NCBI RefSeq assembly: GCF_000354175.2
Contig: NC_022349.1
Span: 2,430,001 to 2,462,000, forward strand
Length of the DNA stretch: 32,000 bases
Direction of reading: 5' to 3'
Source: Vibrio alginolyticus NBRC 15630 = ATCC 17749
GTDB lineage: Bacteria > Pseudomonadota > Gammaproteobacteria > Enterobacterales > Vibrionaceae
Below the pieces are notes generated by a model. It had not been told where the DNA came from and did no database searches. It saw nothing but the letters and a program-made list of their open reading frames with translations. The position numbers and the translations under genes were made by a program. Each line of letters starts with the position of its first letter. The first letter of the stretch is position 1. Of the stretch, positions 8,229 to 15,393 are shown in pieces.

Positions 8229-8812
8229 CAGATCACGCATACGCTGATTATGACGTAAGTAAAATCAAAAATTTAGCGGTTTCTGGTCAGCATGCCGTTC
8301 AATCAGCAGCACATAGTACGTACCAGAGCCCTAACGCTACGGAGATTTTTGATCTTATTAATTATCGTTCAGGGCAGCATAAGTATTGGACCCATACTAA
8401 GACAGATTTCCACGACGTTCTTGTTGAAGTTAGTACGACAGACGTTTTGACAGTGTCGCCTCAACAGAATCTATTAGTCAAACGATTGAACGAGTTAAAA
8501 AGTAGCCTTGGATTAGCAGATGAAGAATTAGCGAGTATATTAAAAACAACTCGTAAAACACTTCATAATTGGCAGCAGGGCAATACCAAACCAAACAAAA
8601 CAAAATTGTTACGGTTGGTGGATCAGCATAATCTTTTGAGCAAGTGGTTAAGCAACGGATATCCAGATATCGCCACATTGGATATTGAAGAAAAGAACCA
8701 AATCTTGCATAAGTTGCAACAAGATGAAGTTGATACTGATGACGTCTTGTACTTCGGTTCTGGTTTAATGTTGACTAGTGACTTTGACGTGATCGACGAT
8801 CCCTTTGCGTAG
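8219..8812 (+). CDS. XRE-type helix-turn-helix protein with long N- and C-terminal extensions (cargo gene 2)
   Basis: 197-aa ORF. Residues ~95-135 (LGLADEELASILKTTRKTLHNWQQGNTKPNKTKLLRL) are a classic XRE/Cro-type HTH. There is no internal Met in the first ~180 residues, so the start at 8219, overlapping gene 1 (atATGGTTGTAG), is likely. The C-terminus is acidic (DFDVIDDPFA). Confidence 0.65.
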   Translation: MVVADHAYADYDVSKIKNLAVSGQHAVQSAAHSTYQSPNATEIFDLINYRSGQHKYWTHTKTDFHDVLVEVSTTDVLTVSPQQNLLVKRLNELKSSLGLADEELASILKTTRKTLHNWQQGNTKPNKTKLLRLVDQHNLLSKWLSNGYPDIATLDIEEKNQILHKLQQDEVDTDDVLYFGSGLMLTSDFDVIDDPFA

Positions 8813-8821
8813 GTAGGTGAT

Positions 8822-9658
8822 ATGAACTTTGGAAGTACTTTAGAGACCAAAGGTTGGTTGCAAGGCTGCATTATTCCAAAGGAGCAAGCTGTTGTTTTAT
8901 TGGGACATGAAAATACTACGTGCATAGATGTCAATAAGGCTGGGCTAGTAGACGATAACTTTGTGCTTGTCGTTGCCTCTCAGTCTTGTGATATAGCGAG
9001 GGATGAGGTTCCTTCGGTACAGTTGCTTGTTGCGAGGGTTATTGAAGTTAGAGACCCTCAAAAAAGTTACAACGCCCATCCTAGAATTCTTGATACTCAC
9101 GTAACTCAAGTTCGTGAAGATGGACTGCAAGAGCTTTCACTCAGAGTTAGCATATTGGAGAAAGTCTTTACTCCAAAAGAAAACCTGATTGATATTGACT
9201 ATCTTGATGGTATCTCTTGGGGTATTCAAGAAGAGAGAAGTTATAGGAACTGGTTGGGAGAACATTATGATAGGCCCGCGTTGCCAACGTCGTTTAATGA
9301 TCTTTTAAAGCGTTCTGAGAGCAAGCTAAAGAAAGCTGCGAAGCAGTCCAATGATCACCTGTATGGGATTTACATTCGCCTCAACCCAAATCGTGAGCTT
9401 TTAGAAGGTGAACGCTATGACGTACAATTATTAGGTGCACTGACTAATGATGGTGATGCTAAAACAGCTCAGGATAGAATAGAGCGTTACAAAGATATCC
9501 TTAAAGGGGCAGGTATTAATGTCACCCATGCTCTCGTTAAAGAAAAAAAACAGATTAGCATGGCTACATTGGAGGGGATGACTAGATTCCATTTGGACTA
9601 TTTGTCTTATCGGAACGATACCGAGGAATTTCCTGCCGAAGTAAGCCCCGGAATCTAG
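8822..9658 (+). CDS. Hypothetical protein with no recognisable domain (cargo gene 3)
   Basis: 278-aa ORF starting 9 nt after the gene 2 stop, with strong RBS taggtgatATG. The N-terminal region has a hydrophobic strand followed by SQSCDIARDE (residues ~48-62). The C-terminal half is charged and helical in character. I could find no known catalytic motif. Confidence 0.6.
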   Translation: MNFGSTLETKGWLQGCIIPKEQAVVLLGHENTTCIDVNKAGLVDDNFVLVVASQSCDIARDEVPSVQLLVARVIEVRDPQKSYNAHPRILDTHVTQVREDGLQELSLRVSILEKVFTPKENLIDIDYLDGISWGIQEERSYRNWLGEHYDRPALPTSFNDLLKRSESKLKKAAKQSNDHLYGIYIRLNPNRELLEGERYDVQLLGALTNDGDAKTAQDRIERYKDILKGAGINVTHALVKEKKQISMATLEGMTRFHLDYLSYRNDTEEFPAEVSPGI

Positions 9659-9733
9659 ATACAAGCACCACGTGCAACCATTTCTCACGCAGGTTGTGGC
9701 CCACACATTGAAGGTGGGCTACATTTGTTAAAG

Positions 9734-10192
9734 TTACTTGATTGGTACTACTTTACTTCGTTTCAGCTTAGCAAGCTCCTCTCGAAGCTCCGCATTTTCA
9801 TATTCAAGATCATCTATACGAGCTAATGCTTGAACCAGCTTATCGTTTAGATGGTGCTGTGCTGCCGCAAACAGAGCTAACTTCTCTCGCTCTGCCTCAT
9901 ACTTGGCCTTGTAGTTATCCTTGATGCGCTTTTGCTCTTTGAGCTTGGTGCGCACAGTCAGGATCTCTGGTTGGACTATTCCACCTTTGCCTGTCGCAAT
10001 TTCACCTTTGGTCTGTTTAACTTTTTCCACGAAATCAGGATAGTAGTAACCGCTGCCATTGCCTAAATTTGCCTCTTCCTCGACAGCCCGTACACTGAGC
10101 TTGCGGTGAGTAGGAATGCGCTTAGGTTTACCCTGTTTAATACGCTCTAGGGCTGCCTCTAGTTTCAGTAGTGTATTTTCGCTCTTACTCAT
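9734..10192 (-). CDS. ginD: Small GinD-like protein (4th gene of the recombinase operon), coiled-coil C-terminus
   Basis: 152-aa ORF whose ATG overlaps the upstream recombinase stop (ATGA). It has a basic N-terminal part and a heptad-like C-terminus (LVQALARIDDLEYENAELREELAKLKR). Its position and size fit GinD of GInts; it is analogous to the small TnpC of Tn554-type elements. Confidence 0.6.
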   Translation of the reverse strand: MSKSENTLLKLEAALERIKQGKPKRIPTHRKLSVRAVEEEANLGNGSGYYYPDFVEKVKQTKGEIATGKGGIVQPEILTVRTKLKEQKRIKDNYKAKYEAEREKLALFAAAQHHLNDKLVQALARIDDLEYENAELREELAKLKRSKVVPIK

Positions 10193-12234
10193 AAGTTGGC
10201 CGCCTTTAAGTCAGGTTCAAAAGGGGTAAAGGGCATATCAAAGTCAGCCATGACTTTTTCTGCAGCTCTTACTTGAGTGACATAGTGGCTATGTTCACTT
10301 ACCGAAAATTCTTCGCCAGATTCCATGTAAGCAACTAGACTGCGGTGCTTTTTCTGCCACCACTTAGCCTGCTGCTCGTCAATGATGCTACTTCCAGAGC
10401 CACAATCAACACAGAACTGAGGAGTGACCACACCGTCCATATCGCAGTCATAACCAGATTTGCAATAACTGTGCATTGAGCCATGTAGTGTCAACTTACC
10501 ATCCTTTACGGCTTTGTAGATAACATCCCATGAGCTATAAATAGTCGGTACATCTCCTCGCATTTTCATGATCGCTTTGCCATGAGTGCCTGATAGCGTT
10601 TCATCTGAGTGCCATTGTTTAAAGATTTTATTTGCGGTGGTTTCTGCATTGATTTCATCGAGTGTCTTTTGCACTTGCTCGTCAACTTTCAGATCCCGTA
10701 GGCTCGCCAGCCTCCCACCATTGGTGTACCACTCGGTCATCGCGAGGTATAAGTGCTTGAACTGTTGTTTGAGCGCTACTAATGTCCCTAGGCGGTTCTT
10801 AATGCAATAAAAGGCTAAAGTGCGCCTAAACTGATGAGTTGTCATGTGCCAAGGACTTCCAACCGTTACGTCTTTTTTTACACGGTTTAATGAGCGAGGG
10901 TTTGACTCAAGGCATTCTGCGAAATCCTTTTCAGTTACAATAAAATTGAATTGATTACAAAAACGTTGTAGTCGGTGATTCCATCCTGTAATCAATGTGG
11001 GGGGCTTGGAGCGGTATGATTTATTTACCCAAATCGAGTCTTTGTATTTTTTATCCGGGTAAGTGATTTCTTTGCGCCATTCTTCAGTTAATGTGGTCAT
11101 TAACTCTATTGCAGTTTTGGAAGATGAAGCTGTGACCCATGTTTCTCGCTTATTGCCTAACTTAAAAGTGTGAGATTGGAGCATATGGAAATCACGTCCT
11201 TCAAAGGTATCCTTGTAATAACTTTTAGGCGTTAATTTATCGAGTTCGGAGTCTCGCATACCGCTAAAACCTCCACAAACGATATAGCAAGCATTAGTTA
11301 TTTGACCCCAGTAGCGTTTAAAGTCCGTTCCATTGTTTAGTCTAATACTTGGTACTTTTGCGGCTAATGGAGCGATGAGGTCTTTAACTTTATGTGATTG
11401 GAACTCTTGAATTGCGGAAGTGTATTTTCGCTCGTCAATGCTACCGTCCTCATTCATGAATGAGTAGCGGTTCCCTTGCTTGATTTTTTCTTCAAGATTG
11501 CGCACTCCTTCATCATAGTTATGCTGTAGAGACTTCTCTGTATTCAAAATTAATTGTCTATATGGGTGGGCACCATTGACCAGTTCTATAGCTTTTCCAT
11601 AAATGGCATCACATATACGTTCAGGTATAACAAGAGTTTGTTGTGCTTCATTGAAACTTATCCGTCTTGCTTCAGTGCTTGATTTTATTGGATTTAGGCC
11701 AAGCTCAAGCTTGTGCCATGACTCATCATTTATGGCGGTATTTATTGCCACAAAAGTAGACTCGATGGTTCCTTGGGCATAGTTACGATTTTGCAAGAAG
11801 TGTTCAAACTTAGTCCACACAACAGGCGAACCAAGATCTTTCAACGAGCTATAGTTACTCTCCATCAAGAAACTATAAACTACCTTTATATTATTTAGTC
11901 GAGTGCGAACGCTTGAGAACTTTACTGATTTTTTCTGTTTAGGACTTTTATTAAATAGCCAACCAAAACTCAGAAGCTTAAGTTCTCGTTGTAACTTAGG
12001 AGCACATTTGAATTCCTCTGTATTTAGATTGTTCTTATCTTTCTTTCGAGAGAAAGGTAAGCAATCCCAATTGTTTTGTCCAAAGGTGGCGGTAACGTTT
12101 CCGTCTTTATCCTTGCAGATGACGACGGCATCTAGCTCTTCATATCTTCTCTCATGGTAGAGCGTAACCACATCTACATCCTTGACCTTATGCTGTTGTG
12201 GAAAGTCAGGTAAATAGAGTTTAGATGTATCCAT
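10189..12234 (-). CDS. ginC: Tyrosine recombinase-like protein, GinC-like (681 aa)
   Basis: Catalytic-domain signatures are present: GMRDSEL (box I Arg), HMTTHQFRRTLAFY (H-x-x-R), KHLYLAMTEWY (His ... Tyr nucleophile). A C-terminal H-x3-H-x2-C-x5-C-x10-C-x2-C cluster follows. The start overlaps the upstream stop (TAATG). Confidence 0.75.
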   Translation of the reverse strand: MDTSKLYLPDFPQQHKVKDVDVVTLYHERRYEELDAVVICKDKDGNVTATFGQNNWDCLPFSRKKDKNNLNTEEFKCAPKLQRELKLLSFGWLFNKSPKQKKSVKFSSVRTRLNNIKVVYSFLMESNYSSLKDLGSPVVWTKFEHFLQNRNYAQGTIESTFVAINTAINDESWHKLELGLNPIKSSTEARRISFNEAQQTLVIPERICDAIYGKAIELVNGAHPYRQLILNTEKSLQHNYDEGVRNLEEKIKQGNRYSFMNEDGSIDERKYTSAIQEFQSHKVKDLIAPLAAKVPSIRLNNGTDFKRYWGQITNACYIVCGGFSGMRDSELDKLTPKSYYKDTFEGRDFHMLQSHTFKLGNKRETWVTASSSKTAIELMTTLTEEWRKEITYPDKKYKDSIWVNKSYRSKPPTLITGWNHRLQRFCNQFNFIVTEKDFAECLESNPRSLNRVKKDVTVGSPWHMTTHQFRRTLAFYCIKNRLGTLVALKQQFKHLYLAMTEWYTNGGRLASLRDLKVDEQVQKTLDEINAETTANKIFKQWHSDETLSGTHGKAIMKMRGDVPTIYSSWDVIYKAVKDGKLTLHGSMHSYCKSGYDCDMDGVVTPQFCVDCGSGSSIIDEQQAKWWQKKHRSLVAYMESGEEFSVSEHSHYVTQVRAAEKVMADFDMPFTPFEPDLKAANL

Positions 12235-13979
12235 TATCTTACCTCGGCTGGTGATTTTGGAATTAAGCTTAAAACTGACTCGCTGTCATCCCAAGCGGGG
12301 TGCAGGCCATCATCATCGAGTTTGGTTTCTGCCTTTCTCAATATTTGTTTATTTATGTTTGGAAGTATTTTTTGATTGATAAACAGTATGATGTTTTCAA
12401 AGTTTTGTTTGTAATGGCTGACATCCAAATGAAGGAATAGTGATTCCTCAACACAGGACTTGAATGAGAGCAGGCACCAGATATCTGAGACTGACTGTAC
12501 AATCACTTGGTCAGGACAGCCAAAGCACCCCAATAGGTCTGCACAGGCTAATCGTTCTCCCTCCTTAGCAAGTCCCTGTGTTTGGGCTTTCTTGGTGTAC
12601 TTTTGGGACTTTTCACCGAATGGGGCAGCGCAGCTACCGCCATTAGAAGTACGGCTTAAATTGGGAAGGTTAATCTTGTTTTCTTCCTCGATAACCAGTA
12701 CCTCAATACTGAGGTTTTTCTGAGCCTGCTTGGTGTTGACCCTGCTCTTGACCTGCTCCTCCCGAATTGACATCGTATCTTGCATCATGCCGTTATTTGC
12801 CAGCTTATTTCCCTCGCTATAGTGACGCTTGCGGGTGTTGGGCGTGTTGTTAAGCATAAGGTTATTAACCATTTCACCTTGATGATATGAGGTTAGTTGA
12901 CAGCCTGTTTCACGAAAGCGGCTTATGCTGGGGCGTAAGCGTCTTCCCATTTGATCTGTGAAGGAAAAATGTTTTTCTACCCACTTTTTCAAAAAAGACT
13001 GAAGTCTTGAAGTCTGTAATTTTTGCACCTTTCGTGAGGCGATGGTTTGAAGAAGAGTCGCATCTTCATTTGTGCTAATTATTCTTGAAGCATTGAGTAG
13101 TTTGTCGAAAAAGGTCATGGCATACTTGGGTATTTCTAACTCGTGCTCACCTATCTCAACTTGAATAGTTTTAAATGCACGACGTTTAAAAGCGGGCATG
13201 GTATACCATGTTTCCCCTGTTGAAATTGATGCGTTATTAGGCTGCTTTAACCTAAATAAATCAGTGGTGTTAGCGTAAGTGTAATAAGCGAGTAGGTAGG
13301 TGGCTGCACACATCATCTTCGTTATGCCACCGCAAAGTTTATACTCTCTACCTTGCCATTCAAAGATCATGGTAGGCGTGCTTTTATGAGCTTGAATATG
13401 CGCTTCAGGATTTTTGATAAACTGTGAATATGTTTGATTGAAAAGACGTCTTAGAAATGGGAGTAGTTGTTTTAAATCGCTTTGAGTGTAGGATTCATAA
13501 GATTCTCTATCGCTATTATCCATGATAACCACGTTATTAAAGTAATAGTGTGGTAGATCAAGATATCGAGAAAATAGGGTGACCATATTAGCTCGTCTAT
13601 TCTTATACGTGCTACTTTTGAGTTCGCCTAGCATTACTCTGGTTTGCAAGTGTACCATATACCCTTCTAATGAGCTTTGGGTAAATGCTGGCTCGCTTTC
13701 TTTATCGCACCACCTTAGGTATTGAGAGGCTTCAACATAAATGCCATAAAGTGAGTCGTGACTAACTCCTTCATCTATTTTTTCACTAAAACTGTCTTTT
13801 AACTGAAAAACGAACGCTTCACGATCTGCAAACTTGAATTGGTTGCTTTGTTGCAACTCTTTGCTTGATGGTAACTCATTGAATAAAAGGCGGTTAAAGT
13901 CTGCTAAAAGATTGTCCCTAACATCAAGCTTGATACAGAGGTCACTCCTCCATCCAGATAAATAGGTTAGCTCAGTCAT
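12234..13979 (-). CDS. ginB: Tyrosine recombinase-like protein, GinB-like (581 aa from preferred start)
   Basis: The RLRPSISRFRETGCQ ... NNTPNTRKRHYSEG region resembles the C-terminal Arg ... Tyr part of integrases. It is followed by a Cys-rich tail (CADLLGCFGCP). The preferred start is ATG at 13979, which overlaps the ginA stop (ATGACTGA). The ORF-track start at 14024 would overlap ginA by 53 nt. Confidence 0.65.
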   Translation of the reverse strand: MTELTYLSGWRSDLCIKLDVRDNLLADFNRLLFNELPSSKELQQSNQFKFADREAFVFQLKDSFSEKIDEGVSHDSLYGIYVEASQYLRWCDKESEPAFTQSSLEGYMVHLQTRVMLGELKSSTYKNRRANMVTLFSRYLDLPHYYFNNVVIMDNSDRESYESYTQSDLKQLLPFLRRLFNQTYSQFIKNPEAHIQAHKSTPTMIFEWQGREYKLCGGITKMMCAATYLLAYYTYANTTDLFRLKQPNNASISTGETWYTMPAFKRRAFKTIQVEIGEHELEIPKYAMTFFDKLLNASRIISTNEDATLLQTIASRKVQKLQTSRLQSFLKKWVEKHFSFTDQMGRRLRPSISRFRETGCQLTSYHQGEMVNNLMLNNTPNTRKRHYSEGNKLANNGMMQDTMSIREEQVKSRVNTKQAQKNLSIEVLVIEEENKINLPNLSRTSNGGSCAAPFGEKSQKYTKKAQTQGLAKEGERLACADLLGCFGCPDQVIVQSVSDIWCLLSFKSCVEESLFLHLDVSHYKQNFENIILFINQKILPNINKQILRKAETKLDDDGLHPAWDDSESVLSLIPKSPAEVR

Positions 13980-15297
13980 CCTGACCTCGTAGCACATCGT
14001 GCATAATGGAATCGAGAATGCCAAACTTTACTTTGAACGCCTCTTTGCGTTTTAGAAAGCGTAAATACTTCCAAGTCGTACTTTCATCTTTATGCCCCAT
14101 CCAGTCCATCAGAAGCTCCATACAGTCGACAAGGGGCAATCCAGCCTCTAGCAAGTCACTGAGGCGATAGGTGCCATAGGTGGCACGTAAATCATGGAAG
14201 CGATGGGTAAATGATGGCTCTGCCTGTTTTATTTCTGTCCTGAACTCAATCCACCTAGCTTCAATGGATTTCCCCGTAGCAGGGTTGCCTTGCTGGCTAA
14301 CAAAAAGTGGTTCATGACGGTCACAGCGCTCCAGTATTTCAATGGTCTTCTGGGTGAAGGGGGGAGCATCGCTGTCTAATTGTTCTATTTTCTCGTTGAG
14401 CCTAGTAACACGCCTCAGACGGCGTTCTGAAATTCGATACTCATTCAATGATTGGAACAAGTCCGATGAAATCTCGACAGTCCGAGTCTTTAGGAACTTG
14501 GTTTGTACGCCTGTAGAGCGGGGGCATAACAGAATTTCAAAGCGATGTTGGCTCTCAGCAAGTGGAGTTGCAGTATCTAGCGCATCTAGTGTTAGGGTTG
14601 CTACTTCTTCAACCCGCATACCTGTATCAATCGCAAGCAAGGCTTGTAAGCGCAACTCTTCAGACGTTTGTGGAAGGTGCTGCGTTAAAATACCAAGAGC
14701 ATCACGGCTTAGTGGAGATAGTGGCTTGATGTTTTTACTATCGGCATCCCTCGGTACTTTTATGCGTAAATCACTGGTCTCAACAATGAAAGTTGGAGAT
14801 ACGTGGGCAAGCATCCCACGATTCTGAACTGAGACGAACTCCATTTTGAATGGCGCTTCCTTCTCACTCTTTACGCTTAAGTAACCACCATGCATCAACC
14901 ATTTATAGTAGTTGACGATTTGGTTCATACGAACACTGGCTGTGCTATGTGCAAGTTCGCCTTGTTTTATTTTCTTGAGTAGGTAGGAGCGGAACAGGTA
15001 AGTTGGCTTTAGCCGTTTGACTGGTGGGAATTTATCCCAATTCAACCCCTTGTCCTCAAGAAATTGATAGTAGGCACGCAATGCCTGTGCGCAGGGAGAT
15101 AGGTCTTCTGCTTTCTTTACGACCTTGAGATAAAACAGGTAACTGTTGGCTTCGTGATTGAAGATGCCATCTTGCGAAAAGAGTGTTGGTAACGAACCGA
15201 TATTGTCATTGGAAGGTTGGCAATGGAATGTACCATCATCCAGTTTTTGTAGTTCAGTCTCTTTGAAGACATCGCTGGAGTGTACAAGGTATGTCAT
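13972..15297 (-). CDS. ginA: Tyrosine recombinase / phage-integrase family protein, GinA-like (441 aa)
   Basis: Canonical motifs are present: TGMRVEEVATL (box I Arg), HRFHDLRATYGT (H-x-x-R), MGHKDESTTWKYL (His ... Tyr). RBS cAGGAtgatttATG. It is the first gene of a four-gene overlapping operon. Confidence 0.85.
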   Translation of the reverse strand: MTYLVHSSDVFKETELQKLDDGTFHCQPSNDNIGSLPTLFSQDGIFNHEANSYLFYLKVVKKAEDLSPCAQALRAYYQFLEDKGLNWDKFPPVKRLKPTYLFRSYLLKKIKQGELAHSTASVRMNQIVNYYKWLMHGGYLSVKSEKEAPFKMEFVSVQNRGMLAHVSPTFIVETSDLRIKVPRDADSKNIKPLSPLSRDALGILTQHLPQTSEELRLQALLAIDTGMRVEEVATLTLDALDTATPLAESQHRFEILLCPRSTGVQTKFLKTRTVEISSDLFQSLNEYRISERRLRRVTRLNEKIEQLDSDAPPFTQKTIEILERCDRHEPLFVSQQGNPATGKSIEARWIEFRTEIKQAEPSFTHRFHDLRATYGTYRLSDLLEAGLPLVDCMELLMDWMGHKDESTTWKYLRFLKRKEAFKVKFGILDSIMHDVLRGQDD

Positions 15298-15313
15298 AAA
15301 TCATCCTGAAAGT

Positions 15314-15346
15314 ATCACTGTCCATACATACAGCATAGACAGTGAT
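15314..15346. promoter_or_regulatory. Perfect 9-bp inverted repeat 17-49 nt upstream of ginA (candidate operator or recombinase site)
   Basis: ATCACTGTC-catacatacagcata-GACAGTGAT, lying between the ginA start and the right direct repeat. Confidence 0.35.
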
Positions 15347-15352
15347 TAATTA

Positions 15353-15362
15353 TTTTCCAGAA
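15353..15362. repeat. Right copy of the 10-bp direct repeat ttttccagaa (candidate att core)
   Basis: Identical to 7219-7228. It lies 31 nt from the gor stop codon. Confidence 0.45.
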
Positions 15363-15393
15363 TTATTTACGTGTGTAAGATGCTTTTCCTACA

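Larger units (their letters stand above)
7219..15362. mobile_element. GInt-type integrative genomic island (ginABCD-like operon, ~2.2 kb cargo operon, AT-rich non-coding end)
   Basis: Four overlapping minus-strand genes lie at the gor-proximal end: three tyrosine-recombinase-like proteins and one small coiled-coil protein. A three-gene cargo and a 214-bp AT-rich non-coding tail (7229-7442) follow. The element is flanked by the 10-bp direct repeat. It is visibly more AT-rich than the flanking core genes and sits between convergent core genes. Exact ends are uncertain. Confidence 0.75.

Noticed and set aside
9659-9733. Short hairpin (cccac-acattgaag-gtggg) between the convergent cargo gene 3 and the ginD-like gene, as a bidirectional terminator.
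   Set aside because: The stem is only 5 bp and has no flanking T- or A-runs. This is not enough to call a terminator.
9734-15297. Classifying the recombinase cluster as a RIT (recombinase-in-trio) element or a Tn554-family transposon.
   Set aside because: RIT elements carry three recombinases of ordinary size and no fourth gene. Tn554 has two recombinases plus the small TnpC. Here there are three recombinase-like genes of increasing size (441, 581 and 681 aa) plus a small fourth gene, cargo, and an AT-rich end. This fits the published GInt layout better. Only a sequence search can settle it.
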